DNA from: Octopus sinensis
Lineage: Eukaryota
Direction: 5' to 3'
Length of the DNA stretch: 64,000 nucleotides
Assembly: GCF_006345805.1 (NCBI RefSeq)
Contig: NC_043011.1
Coordinates: forward strand, 310,001 to 374,000
Numbering within the stretch: position 1 is the stretch's first letter; each line of letters begins with the position of its first letter. Shown here piece after piece: positions 1-13,270 of the stretch. The notes beneath the pieces are model-generated. The model made no database searches. It was not told where the DNA came from and saw only the letters and a program-made list of their open reading frames with translations. The position numbers were made by a program, and so were the translations under genes.

Positions 1-228
1 GTGATAGTGGTGGTGGTGATGCTTATAATGATGATGGTGGTGATGGTAATTGTGGACAATATGGAGTAGAGGAGGAGGAAGAGGAGGGGTGTGGTGGTGT
101 TGGCGATGGCGGACAATGATGAGACGATGGAGGCGGATGGCGTAATTGTAAAAGGGACCATCATGGCTGGATTGGATTCTGGCTTTATGTCAATATTGAC
201 TTAGAATCAATGAAAGAAGCGGAACGAT

Positions 229-328
229 CCGGGTGTGTGTGTGTGTGTGTGTGTGTGAGTGGACGTGTGTGCACGTGTATACATGTGTGTATATCTGTGT
301 ATATATGTATGTGCGTATATACATATGC

Positions 329-370
<42 letters not shown>

Positions 371-461
371 ATATATATATATGTATATATGTGTGTGTGT
401 ATGTAATTTGTGCATACATGTTTATATAGTTGATATACATATGTGTATATTTGTGTGTGTG

Positions 462-499
<38 letters not shown>

Positions 500-667
500 A
501 GCAATCGTATGCACACATGCACACACGCAGATGCATACATATATATATACACACACACACACACACATATATATATGCGTGCGTGTATGTATATGTATAT
601 GCATGTACATAAATATATATCTCCTTGTATGTATCTGCAAATGTGTGTAGCAGCAGCAGCAGCAGCA

Positions 668-716
<49 letters not shown>

Positions 717-717
717 G
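229..717. repeat. Compound (TG)n/(TA)n microsatellite followed by (GCA)n(GTA)n
   Basis: Dinucleotide and trinucleotide runs read directly. Confidence 0.95.
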
Positions 718-1039
718 GTAACTACGGCTAAATACGTCCTTAACGGTCGGTAATCAGGGGAAGAAGTGTGGTGGAGGGTGGGGGTGCGTGGGTCGTGAGT
801 AGAGGGGAGAGGTTTAAAAGACAACAAAACGCAAAAATCAGCGAAAAAAATTGTACGTTTTCCGGGAGTGGTGGTGCGAGGATAAATAGGGGGCAGCTCT
901 TGCTTCGTCCCCCGCCCATGCTCACACTCACGCTTACACTCGTACTTACACTCAACAAACACCACACAACCTTCCTCTCGCTTGCTACCCACCCCAAACA
1001 CATTACCACCACCGTTACCACCTCGCTCTCCACCTTTTT

Positions 1040-1094
<55 letters not shown>

Positions 1095-1318
1095 CACCAC
1101 CACCACTACTACTACTACTACTGCTACTACTACTACTGCTACTGCTGCTGCTACTGCTGCTGCTACTGCTGCGGCTGCTACTGCTACTATTACCATCACC
1201 CACCCATCCCACACTCGAGGGATGAATTCAAAATCGAAATCTTCCATTAGTCTCCACGCTGCTCGGTTTGTGATGGTGGTGGTGGTGGTGGTGGTGGTGG
1301 TGGTGGTGGTGGTGGTTA
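1040..1318. repeat. (TAC)n/(CAC)n/(TGC)n and (GGT)n trinucleotide tracts
   Basis: Read directly; they explain the homopolymeric ORFs at 207-1341. Confidence 0.95.
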
Positions 1319-1539
1319 GACTTAGAGGCAGGGTGAAATGATGAAGTGGGGGTGGTGTCTGTCAGTGGGTGAGGGATGAAGTGGGGGTGTCGAGGGTGGT
1401 GGTGGAGGTTGTAGTGGTGGAAAGAAAAGTGTAATTAACTTTGTTATATCGAGTAGCAAGCATTTTTGATTAGTTTAAGACGCTGCTTGGCGGCGGCGGT
1501 GGCAGTGGTAGTCGTATTAAAAGAAATGGTTGTGTAGTT

Positions 1540-1572
<33 letters not shown>

Positions 1573-3543
1573 ATATATTTGGTGATGGTGGGTGGATTTG
1601 GTAGAGCTGATGGTGCTGGCCTTGGCGATGGTGGTGGTGGCGGTGATAGCGGTGTTGGTGTTGTCATTGTTGGTAGCAGTGGTAGTATGTTGTGAGTTGT
1701 AGCAATGTTGCTGTTGCTGTTGTTGTAGTGGTGACAGGAATGAAGCCATAGTTTTGTTAGAGTCGTCGGTGGCGGCGGCGATGCTGGTGATGACGTCAGT
1801 TTATTCTGTACGGTGGGGCTTTAGTGGTGTTGGGGATAATGCACTTAATAAAATACCAGTGATATAAGGGGGAGAGAGAACCGACTGGGTAGGGATGGGG
1901 GTGGAGGTCGGGATAAGTATACCCGAGTACGGAGTACAAACCGTATCCTTATACTCATTGCCTTTCTCCCTCTCCTCCACTAAAATCGATAAATTACATT
2001 TCAGTTATTCGGTGCTGATTGAACTGTCGTAAGATCGAATTCTTCTCTCGATGTCTCTTTCTATGGATATAGCTCTGTGTTCCTTCAGGTCAGGGGTTCT
2101 CAACCGCCTTCTATACAACCCCTGAAGGTCTTTTGTACAATTTTTGAGGGTCAACGCAAGCAGAATAGTAAACTGGGGACCCACAGCATTATTTCTCGGG
2201 CCCATGAAAAATCTTCTCACTTTAGAGGTATTTATTGTAGGGAACAGGGTCCTTTCTCTAATGTTTTGTATACTTCAATATGTTTCCCGCCACTGAAGCC
2301 TGTTCCCTGAGAGAGTTTCTATTGCAAACCTTCACAAGAAAATGTGTGAAAAGCAAAATCTTTGAAAGAAGTCTACATAAATCTAAATCATAAATACCGA
2401 ATGGCCAAGGGGTTCCAGCAGAGTAAGAAGGTAATCAAAAGGATAAAAAAAGAATGGCTCAGAGCCGCCGCTTTTCATATTCTTCCGTTTTGTTGAACCC
2501 ACTTCATTATAAACATGCCGTCACTTTCTCACTGGTTTTGAGTTCTTTATTTTACAACACAGCCACCACCACCACCGTTACCAACGCAACATCACCGCCA
2601 CGTATAGTTAAGTAGACCCTGCTCGCTCAACCGACTTTAAATCATTCCGCTCCCACCGTCTTAAAAGACGGTTAGAGCACGCGAGGTAATAGTGATACAG
2701 TCCGTAGATGCACCTAAACAGACGGGATGGTCGCGGGTGGAATATTTTGGATTATAAGTTTGCTAGATGAGGGTTGACAACAGCAGGCTAAACAGTAACA
2801 ACTACAGCAATAACAGCATCGTCTCTCAAGAATTGCACCACCAACAGAAAACTGCCATAACAACACCATTATCCCGCCCACGCACACACACACCGCCGCC
2901 ACCACTTTCACCACCAACACTACTATCAATACTATCATCACAACCTTCCCTCCTCACGACAGGACTACCGCAACAACCTATCGCCCATACTAACGCTACT
3001 AACATAGAACCATCACTACTAACACTACCACTACGATACTGTCACCAATACTGACACTGCTAGTCCTTTTCTCATGCTAGAACAAGCAACACACCGGCGT
3101 TCTCTATTCTCCCCCTTCTGCTTCTCCTGTTATTCATTATAACTCTTCTCTTTAATCTGGCAAACTGTGGATTATGCTGCTGAAGACTGGTCTCGTTTCA
3201 TGCAATTAATTAATTTTCATCAATTTTTTAACAGAAACTTCGACATATTGGAGAATACAAAGACTTTCATTCTTAGAATCTGAAGAAGTTCCTGCGAGAG
3301 GTGTTGCCCGTCGTCGTCTCAAATGACCAATAAAGACGGGCAAGCGAGAGGTAGAAGGCCTTATCAAATGTATATATTTTCGATCGTCTTACTCCGAGCC
3401 AGAGGCCTTTGGGAGTTGCATAAATAACCAAAGGTCGCCAGCAACGGCAACCACGACAACAAGAGCAAGAACAACAACAAATACTATTTCATCGCAACAA
3501 GAACCAAGCCATCAGCGCCATCAGCATCATCAGCAACAACAGT

Positions 3544-3890
3544 GGAGGTGCAATGGCCCAATGGTTAGGGCAGCGGACTCGCGGTCGGAGGATTGCGGTT
3601 TCGATTCTCAGACCGGGCCTTCCGTGTGTTTATTGAGCGAAAACACCTAAAGCTCCACGAAGCTCCGGCAGGGGGTGGTGGCGACCCCTGTTGAACTCTT
3701 TCGCTTGAACTTTCTCTCACTCTTTCTTCCTGTTTCTTGTCCCCCGACTTCCTACGCAACCGCCGAGCCTGGATGCGCATTCATCCATCCGTCGATGCTC
3801 TCGGTGTCGGGGGTTGACTTGCTTTCTCTTCTGCGGGTCTTACGAATAGCAAAGGACCATGTTTCGGACTTCTCCCATCAGCAACAGCAA
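3544..3890 (+). mobile_element. tRNA-derived SINE (family C) in a CAA/CAG tract
   Basis: A-box-like TGGCCCAATGG and B-box-like GGTTTCGATTC, then a non-tRNA body; CAA/CAG repeats on both sides. Confidence 0.75.
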
Positions 3891-4213
3891 CAATAACCAC
3901 ATCGTCCTAAAGAACAACAACAACAACAACAGCAAGAACATTGCTATGACTCATTGTTGTTTACTTCCAATCGTCCTTACATCACCCGACCCCCCCACCC
4001 CTTCCATGTCTACGTGTTTCGAAATAAAGACAAAACAAAAATGTAAATAAATATAACCAGGTAAATGAAATGTAAAGAATTTTAAAAACTGATATTTGGA
4101 CGAGGTCAAGATTAAACCATGTTAAGTCAATTTCTGGTCTTATCTTCACGCATTCCATCATGGCTTTCTTTATACATAGAGTTGTTGTTGTTGTTGTTCT
4201 TGCTGCTGTCGTA

Positions 4214-4250
<37 letters not shown>

Positions 4251-4366
4251 TGACAGGTGTATTTTCAAGGTTTCATGTTATCAGCGTTATTCTTCATCAC
4301 ACTGCCATTGTATACTCACACAAACACTCGCTCACACATTCATACGTTCTCACATATATACATTAA

Positions 4367-4596
4367 GGCGGCGAGCTGGCAGAAACGTTAGCACGCCGGG
4401 AGAAATGCGTAGCCGTATTTCGTCTGCCGTTACGTTCTGAGTTCAAATTCCGCTGAGGTCCACTTTGCCTTTCATCCTTTCGGGGTCGATTAAATAAGTA
4501 CCAGTTACGCACTGGAGTCGATATAATTGACTTAATCCGTTTGTCTGTCCTTGTTTGTTCCCTCTGTGTTTAGCCCCTTGTGGGCAGGAAAGAAAT
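4367..4596 (+). mobile_element. tRNA-derived SINE (family A), full length
   Basis: Head GGCGGCGAGCTGGCAGAA, B box GAGTTCAAATTCC, central GCCTTTCATCCTTTCGGGGTCGAT..AAGTACCAG domain recurring many times in the window. Confidence 0.9.
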
Positions 4597-4679
4597 ATAT
4601 ATACATGCTCACTCACATTCACACACGCAGTATGTACATATGAGTACAGTGCGGAGAAGTGTAAGGTGTACACTTCTCA

Positions 4680-4710
<31 letters not shown>

Positions 4711-5029
4711 TGTGTGTGTGTGTGTGTGTGTGTGCGTGTGTGGGTGTACGCACAAACGTATTTGGTAGAAACCAAATAACACAACACCTTCTCGCAGATT
4801 CACGATTGAGAAGATGTGGATTACGTAAACTTCTTGATGACATTTACGACAATAAACACCAACTGAGTGATTCTGCGTGTGTATGCGCATGTGTGTGCAG
4901 ATGCATCTCGGTTTACACGGCAGTTAGGTCAAAGGGCAAATCGAAACCCTATAAACGGAGGGATAACAACGGTAACACATACGATTACCAAATCCCGACA
5001 TACTTTTCCCTCTCTCCGTTTTCTTTTTA

Positions 5030-5192
5030 TTTTCTCTCCTTTTTTTCCTTCTCATCCCTTTCTGTCGAAGAGCATAGGACCGAAACGTCAAAGACTTTTC
5101 CAATATTCCGGAGTGTTAAACTATTACACCTGCTAGTTGCTCCTCCACCTGTCTTCGTTTTTTTGCTTTCTGTAAATTTAAACTGTATATAA
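5030..5192 (+). mobile_element. Short Penelope pLTR-like repeat (family P), copy 1
   Basis: CTGTCGAAGAGCATAGGACCGAAACGTCAAAGAC and tail CCACCTGTCTTCGT..GTAAA shared with the copy at 31598-31810; ends in (TA)n. Confidence 0.65.
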
Positions 5193-5223
<31 letters not shown>

Positions 5224-5779
5224 ATATATATAATATATATATATCGTTTTTGGATTTGGTTTGCAAGATTCTTTATATGAGTTCGTGTGTTGAAGCATAT
5301 TCTGTTGTGTCTGGGGAGAGTCATTCTCTTTTAGTGCCTTATTATTTAACAAACTCACCGGTAAAATTCCCACTTATTTCTTATTTTTATTTTCTAAAAT
5401 TTTCGTTGCGTCTTGCAACCTTCACGCATTCCATCATGACTTTCTTTATACATAGAGTTGTTTTTGTTGTTCTTGCATACATATTCAAAATAGAGTGAAA
5501 AGACTACAGAAGACTTGTGTTACATGGTTAAAGAATATATTTAAATCGTTATCTTAGAAAAAATTTATGAAATTTTGTGTATAGTAACGTTATTTTTGGA
5601 GAAATAACCGGTTTTATATATTTTCTTTTCATATTTCTCAAATTTCTTTACCGATATTGTGTCATCTCTTCGCTATGATGTGAAGTAGAAGAGTTCCTAA
5701 CAGGGGGAGATAATTAGGGATTGTTTCGGTATAAGGGAGATAATCAAAAATGTGGTAATGATTAGGTTTCATTAATTTA

Positions 5780-5960
5780 TCCTGATTTGGTTTAGAAAGT
5801 TCTGCTTTATATTTTTCAATGAGGTAAGTTTCCTTATTTAAAAATGCTAGAAATGGTTAAGTTTAGGCTTATATTTTTCAATGAAGTAGGTTTTCTTTAT
5901 TTAATCTAACTTGTATTTGTGTTCGAAAAGCAACTGCTACCACAATTTGTAATCTTTTCA
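5780..5960 (-). mobile_element. Degraded Penelope-like 3' end (GIY-YIG C-terminus)
   Basis: Minus strand reads IKKTYFIEKYKPKLN, like NKESNLIQKYRPQLN at 58.2 kb; the segment is partly duplicated in tandem. Confidence 0.45.
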
Positions 5961-7189
5961 TTTTATCAAGAAAGAAAGAAAGAAAGAAAGAAAGAAACCT
6001 TCTTGAGAAAGTAACCAAATGTTGAAATATGTTTTAATATTGTAATGAAGTAAATGTGTTGAAGAGATGCAAAATAAACTTAATAAGAAACTGATGTGTT
6101 CAACTGGAATAACTGGAATAACGGTATTTAATAGTGAACAGAGAGGCCATCGCGACTGTACGCATCTGGTATGTTAAAGACATTAGCACTCAGATGTGTC
6201 GAATGTATTTGTCGTTGTGCTGTGGCCTTCGGTGACACGTGTTCATATTCTGTAGACATTTACATAAATACATGCTAACATACCTACACACACACACACA
6301 CACGTATACATATGTATATAAATGCATATATATACATATATATACATATGTATATATAATGTATATATATGTATATATAATAATATGTATCTATATATGA
6401 CGCTTAAACAGAACCTGAAAGATTGCTTCTGAGATACATGGCGTATTTTATAAATATGTCTGATCAAGTATTATAGTAGCGTGAAACTATTAGTAGCTCT
6501 TTCAGTTGCGTATTTAAATTGGTATTTATCTTTCCCTGGATGGAAGACATTTTTTGTTGATTCTACCTCCACTGGGTCTACAAACTACACACACACACAC
6601 ACACACACATACAGACACAAATGATTCCCGCCTCCGCCGTGAATAGGAATTAATCTTCTCTTCACTCCTTTGTGCCACATGGGCTCAATTCCACCCCCTC
6701 TTCATCTGACACCCCTCCTCTCCTCTCTTCATCTCACACATACTTCCTCCCTTCATTCCGACACGCCTTCACCCTTCATAGATGCCCCTTCCATCCACCC
6801 CACCCCTACACATCCCAATCACACCACCACACCATACCCCTACACATCCCACCCCCCTATACCCCACCCCTACTTCCACATTCTCACCCTAAATCCACAC
6901 CCCACCCTCACATCCCCACACCCCAACACTGTCACACCAAACACATAATGCCACACCACACCACACCACACCACCACACCACATCACACTACACCGCACA
7001 CACTAGCACTGACCACTTCCCAGCATCCACAAACCCACACGTTACAGACGCACACACCCACACTTCAAAGTCACCGCCCCTATCCACACGCACACACTAA
7101 CTCTCATAGACACACGCACGAGCACCTTTGTTTTGGGATCACCAATACTTTATTATCTCCCTTTCTTCCTATCTCTCCTGTTTAACTAC

Positions 7190-7274
7190 CTTCGTCCGGG
7201 CAGTTGCCATGATAGACCACTGGCTCCTATTTGTTGCTTATACACCTGTCTGCGTCTTTTTTCCTGTAAATTTC

Positions 7275-7278
<4 letters not shown>
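7190..7278 (+). mobile_element. Family P pLTR-like repeat, partial copy 2
   Basis: GCCATGATAGA and ACACCTGTC..CGTCTTTTTTCCTGTAAATTT match the other family P copies; ends in (TA)n. Confidence 0.5.
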
Positions 7279-7315
<37 letters not shown>

Positions 7316-7504
7316 TGTATATGTACATACATGCTTGTGTGTATGAATGTATGTGTGAATGTATGTATGTATGTATGTATGTATGTATCTATCTATCTAT
7401 CTATCTATCTATCTACGTGAATTTATGTTGATTCACCAGAAGTGTTAAATTATAGGGATATATATATATGTATGTATGTATTTATGTGTGTGTGTGTGTG
7501 TTCT

Positions 7505-7770
7505 TTTATTCTTTCTTTTGTTTCAGTCATTTCACTGCTGCAATGCGGGAGCACCACCTTTGGTCGAACAAATCGACCCCAGTACTAGAGACAAGCACAG
7601 ACACACACACACACACACATATATATATACGACGGGATTCTTTCATTTTCCGTCAACTAAATCCACTTACGAGTCTCTGGTCGGCCCGAGGACATAAGAG
7701 AAGACTCTTACTCAAGGTGCCACGCAGTAGGACTGAACCCGGAAGCTTCATACCACACAGCCCCTCCTAT
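7505..7770 (-). mobile_element. SINE family B (tRNA head, CORE-like segment, internal TA/TG microsatellite), internally deleted
   Basis: Homologous to the copies at 52.8, 55.7 and 59.9 kb. Confidence 0.85.
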
Positions 7771-8085
7771 ATGTGTGTATAAAACAATGTTATAATCGTT
7801 TAAATGTCTACCAGAGCATGACTGGTCCTGTTTTATCGATTTAGAAAAAGAAGATTAAAGAAAAAAAAGAACCAAATGCGTCTGTTTGAAGAAAGGATAT
7901 AAGTGACGAAACTAAATCCCATAATAATTAACCATACTTCACTCCCTCCACCACCCTCCCCTAACCCCTGATCAATATAATGTTAAAAGTATTGATTTCT
8001 AAATGAGGCTTAATGCTTCGAATATTGAAAGGAAATTGCAATCGTTTTATTTACCGTTACGATTGGTTCTCTGTTGTAATATTAA

Positions 8086-8277
8086 TTTCAAATTTTGGCA
8101 CAAGGCCAGCAATTTTGAAGGAAGGTGGGCTGAGTATATTACTTTGACCCCAGTACTTGGCTGTACTTATTTTATCGATCCCGAAGGATGAAATGCAAAG
8201 TCAACCTCGGTGGAGCTCAGTACGTGAAGACGGACGAAATGCTGGGTGTGCTAACAATTCTGACAGCTCACCGCCTT
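8086..8277 (-). mobile_element. SINE family A
   Basis: Reverse complement has head GGCGGTGAGCTGTCAGAA, the central domain and tail GGCCTTGTGCC. Confidence 0.85.
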
Positions 8278-8293
8278 AATAATAATGATGATG

Positions 8294-8356
<63 letters not shown>

Positions 8357-8904
8357 GATGCAGTACCAGGCAGTGGCTCTCATGGCTTCTGATCTTAATT
8401 GATTGGAAGTGTTATCATGTACATTGTTTTGTCTTGGTATAAAAGATGGGCTACAGCAAATATTCTGCTCAATACCACAGATTTGCTTGTCAGTTGTTTG
8501 ACCTTAACCAGTTGAGCATGTCCCTTAGTGGCTGACGATATGTGCATCTCTGATCACGAGCAGAAGTAGTGGGGGAGCATCATAGCCATGTGTTGAGAGG
8601 GATCTTTGGGGTTTGAATAATTCACCTCTGGAAACACGGGTGGTTCTTTCAACATCCTTAAACAATCCTTATTCAGGGACCTTTTGAGCGGGATGGGCTA
8701 CTCAACCTGAAGAAAATTCTAACTGGGCCCCACCTGCAAGGTCATATGCTGTTTATCTTGATATGAGATCACCATGTCGCGCACATATGGTTGTGATGCA
8801 TGTGCCTGGTGTACCTTTATCAGACGGGTAGTCATGATGGGTATATTGGGCTTCGTATATTTTACCCCAGTGTCACTTTGATGGCATGCACTGCTCTCTC
8901 ACTC
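8357..8904 (+). mobile_element. ~550-bp non-coding interspersed element inside (AAT)n
   Basis: Near-identical inverted copy at 46806-47382; (AAT)n on both sides; no long ORF. Strand assigned by analogy with the Dong orientation. Confidence 0.85.
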
Positions 8905-8974
8905 AATAATAATAATAATAATAATAAATAATAATAATAATATTTCTTATAGTTTCAATAATAATAATAAAGGG

Positions 8975-11900
8975 AAAATAACATGCGGTGCATGGTGAGG
9001 CTGTCAAAATAAAAACAGACGAAGATTACAAAATCTCAGTTTATGAGAAACATAAGTTTTCATGGAAACTCTAATGAACAGAGTAAATGAGGTTGGACCT
9101 TTAAGGGAAGGTCTTCGCTCGGAAGTGGTTCAGCACAAATACACACACACCTCAGGTATGATTCTAAGACAGCGTAAGTATATAATAGAGTAAGAAGACT
9201 GAACTAGACACGTGAAGAGAACAGGGTAGTGATGCATTGCTACTTGGAAACGTACGGGGTTACAGGAAACGTACGTTAGCACTTTGGGTAGAGTAAAGAG
9301 GATGTTTGAAGCAACAGAGCAAAGACAGTGAACCAGACTAATGCTATTAGGAGAAATAGGTGGATGACAGAATTGGAGGGAAAGAAATGACAAGAGAAAT
9401 GAAAACGAGGGAGCAGAAAGTAGAAGAGTCGAACAACATATGTGATACAGTTCAAACAAAAGAAGAGGCTAGAAGCACTACGAACAGAGAAGGGGAAGTT
9501 GATACCAGCGAATTAAGTGAGGAAGATCAGAAGATTTTAGAGGAGTTGCAGGAAGAAAAATATTACCGGTATTAAAAGATGTCAATAGAAGGAAGTTACT
9601 AGACTCTGTTATCAATAGGATAGATACTAAAAATATAGGTGACACTAACTTATTGATCTATGCAGGAGGGTTAGTAGTTACTGGAAGATTAGGTATTCTG
9701 CAAAGAAAAAATAGGAAGGAGCAAATGTGGGGGAAGGAGATTAGAAAATAAAGGGAAAACTTTAAGACAAGATCTGAGTAAAATAAAAACCCAGAAACAC
9801 AAAAGTTAAATCTCTTGAGAAAAAGTATTTAATTAAAGAGAAAGGATTTGGGAAAGTCATTGAAGGGGTGAAACAACGTATCATAGCAATATCAAGTAAG
9901 CATTCCAGATATCAGAAAATAACAGAGAAGTATCAACAGAACAGATTGCTTGAGACAGATCAGAGGAGATTTTATAACCAAATAAATAGTGTAGAAGGAA
10001 GTACTAAAGGTTAGAAGCCTAATGCAGAAGAAGCTAGAAAGTTCTGGAGTAATATTTGGGATAAACCAGGTAATCATAATGGAGATGCAGCATGGTTAAA
10101 GAAAGTGAGGGAAGAACTAGTGAGTGAGAAGCAACCAGATCTAAGACTAACTTATGCATTAATAAGTAAAATGTTATGGAAAATGCCGAATTGGAAAGGC
10201 CCAATACCAGATTTAGTTCAAAGGTACTTGTTAGAGAAATTTAGAAGCTTACATGGGAGGCTGAGGGAACAACTTCAAGATTGCCTTAATGGAGGAATGA
10301 TATCAGATTGGATGACTAGAGGGAAAATAGTAGTCCTTATGAAAGACAAAACAAGTGCAATAAAGCACGTAGTTATAGACTAATCACTTGCTTACCATTG
10401 GAGTGGAAATTGCTCTCAGAAAGTATTTACGTGCAACCTGACAGCCTTAATTTACTACCAGAAGAACAGATAAGTTGTAGAACGAAGGATAGAGGAACAC
10501 ACGATCTATATTACATAGACAAAGCAGCTCTAAAAGAAGTGAAATCTAGAAGGAAAAGTTTAACAATAGATAAGAAAGCCTATGACATGATTGCACCCCA
10601 TGGATAAGTAAATGTTTGAGTATGTTCAGTATAGCAGACAACATAAGAGAATTAATAAGGTATAGCATGAAGAAATGGAAAGCGGATCTCTTCTCAGGTG
10701 ACACACTTTTAAGCAAAGTTAATATCAAGACAGGAATTTTCCAAGAAGTCTCGTTGTATCCTTCAAAATTTGCTTTTACATTTAATCCTCCTCAGGTTAG
10801 CGTAAGAAAGAAGAAGGCAGCATATCCGTTTAGAGATAATAGAGGAACAATTAACCATTTGCCCTACATGGATGATCAGAAGTGTTTTAGTAAGAAAAGT
10901 AAAAAGATAGATTACTTAATACAGACTGCAAGACTTTTCAGCAAAGATATAGGCATGGAATTTGGCAGAGATAAGTGCGCAATATTAGTCATAAAAAGGG
11001 ACAAGGTGTCAGCAGTGAAGCAATCCAGTGAAGGAACCCATTGAAAGAAGGAGTTATAAGTATCTAGGAGTATTAGAATATGAGAGAGCACCAATTGCAG
11101 AAATGAAAACGAAAATTGAGAAGGAGTACATCAGAAGGGTGAGGAAGCAAATGAAGTCAAAGCTAAATGGTCCGAATCTAGGGAAGGCTGTAAATACTTG
11201 GGCACTATCATTACTTAGATACTCAGCAGCTTTTGTAGATTGGACAAAAACTAAATTAGAGACAGAAGAACTAGGAAGGAATTCAATATGAATGGAGGAC
11301 TCCACCCAAGGACAGGAGTAGCAAGATTATACCTACCTATAAAGTAAGGTGGGAGAGGTTTAATATCAGTAGAAGACGGCATGGAGTTAGCTACAACAGA
11401 TATAGCCTCCTGTGTAGGTAATGGTAGAGAAAGTTTATTAAGAGCTGCTAGAGTAACAGTAGGACATAGAGAAACCCAAAAGCCAAATGAAGTTAAAAAC
11501 CAAAAAAAAAAAAAAGAAAATAAATATCTGACTGGCAAAAGATTCCCAAAGGTAGTTGCTGGAAATTGTAAAAGGGAGACATGATTATAGTTGCAGAAAG
11601 GAAGGCTGACAAGGGAGACAGCAAGTTTGTTAGTAGCAACATAGGATCAAGCATTGAAGACTAATTGGATAAAAGCCAAGAAAGTTAAAAACCGGGTAAA
11701 TATCCAATGTAGGTTATGTAAATCAAAAGCGGTGTTACTCATGTAGTAAGTGAATGTAGCATGCTGGCTCGGAAAGAAACAAGAAAAGAGGTGACGATCT
11801 GCGGAGAGCAATGCATTGGGAGTTATGTAGAAAGCTAGGATTTGACCAATAAAGGATACGAACACAAAAACCAGTAAAGTACTAGAAAGTAAGAAATATA

Positions 11901-12345
11901 AGATGTTGTGGGACTTTAACATTCAGACTGACAGCGTAATAGAAGCTAGAAGGCCCTAGTTGGTAAATAGTAGACAAAGAGAATAGAAAGTGCCAGATGA
12001 TTGACTTTACTGTCCCAAATGATGAAAAAATCAATATGAGAGATATAAAAAAAATGGCAAAGTACCAGGACCTAGATATTGCATTACAGAGACTATGGAA
12101 AGTGCAGGTAAAATGTATCCCAGTAGTTATAGGTGCATTGGGAACTATCCCTAAAGATCTGAACCGATGGATAAAGGAAACAGGCAGAAAACCCAGTTTA
12201 GTACAGCTGCATAAATCAGTGTTATTAGGGGCAGCTGTGATATTTAGGAGGGTTCTTGGCATCTAAGGCCACGTATTGTAGCTCGATGTTAGGCATTTTT
12301 CTTTCCCAACAGTTTAATCTGTTGAGTGTATATAAAATCATAATA
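8975..12345 (+). mobile_element. R4/Dong-clade non-LTR retrotransposon, near full length, degraded
   Basis: RT motifs KKAYDM, GIFQE, HLPYMDD, GMEFGRDKCA and YKYLGV; RLE C-terminus IDFTVPND..KYQDL..IPVVIGALG; AAT repeats upstream and short TAA downstream. Confidence 0.9.
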
Positions 12346-12389
12346 ATAACTATTCTTTCTATTTTTTTAGTTTTTTTAAAGCAATTTCG

Positions 12390-12530
12390 AATTACATCGA
12401 CCTCAGTGCCAGACTAGTACTTTATCTCATTACCCCAGAAGGATGAAATGGCAATTTGACAGCGGTGTGAGTTGAACTCAACACATACATTAACGGAAGA
12501 AATACCTCAAGCCTTTTTCCGACGCTCTAA
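12390..12530 (-). mobile_element. Degenerate SINE family A
   Basis: Recognisable central domain (CATCGACC..CTAGTACTT..AAGGATGAAATGGCAA). Confidence 0.6.
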
Positions 12531-12550
12531 CCTTTATATTTACCGCCCTG

Positions 12551-12565
12551 ATAATAATAATAATG

Positions 12566-12626
<61 letters not shown>

Positions 12627-12641
12627 CAACAACAATAATAA
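12551..12641. repeat. (AAT)n/(AAC)n microsatellite
   Basis: Read directly. Confidence 0.95.
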
Positions 12642-13163
12642 TTGGGATGGGGAAAACAAGAAATCAAAACAAACCCACAAATATAACAACAGCAAAACAG
12701 AACACAAAGAAATAACTGTGAAACCGCTGGACAATAGAAATACCAAGGTTTTGACAAGCCCAGCTTTTTATCAAAATTTCCTTGTTTATGTTCCTACCAG
12801 ACACCGATCAGAACCATTAATCTCAGCTTAGGTATTGTTCAGAATCATAACAGTGAAAGGGATCATCATAGCAGCGCCTCTTCGTAAGAGCGTGTCTTGT
12901 TTTGTCTAACATCGTGATTTTGTTGACGATGTGTTGGTGCTATGTGGTGATATGTGCAGTTAAGGTTCCATTCAAAATGTTTTCACCGACAAATGGAGAT
13001 TATTTTTATGCCATTGTGTTAGAAGGACTCTCCAAGAATGCTATTATTAATTGATAATGCTTTTATAACATATCATTGAACCCTCTTTTTTGCTTTCGCA
13101 GGTTTCTTTTATTATATATATGTGTGTGTGTGTGTATTTATTTATATATATTTATCTATATAT

Positions 13164-13270
<107 letters not shown>

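Noticed and set aside
185-1750. Long ORFs such as 207-1247 (346 aa) with poly-V/L/Y/T
   Set aside because: They translate microsatellites; no recognisable domain or convincing splice structure.
2088-2125. CAGGGGTTCTCAACC hAT-like terminus with a small inverted repeat
   Set aside because: No matching second TIR or TSD found.
3230-3335. Candidate plus-strand terminal exon (acceptor, stop, AATAAA); similarly 4798-4870
   Set aside because: Signals are common in AT-rich DNA and there is no homology evidence.
3544-3620. tRNA genes at the SINE heads (also 4367, 15682, 53880-53945, 56070-56150)
   Set aside because: A and B boxes are present but continue into SINE bodies, and I could not build a proper cloverleaf or acceptor stem.
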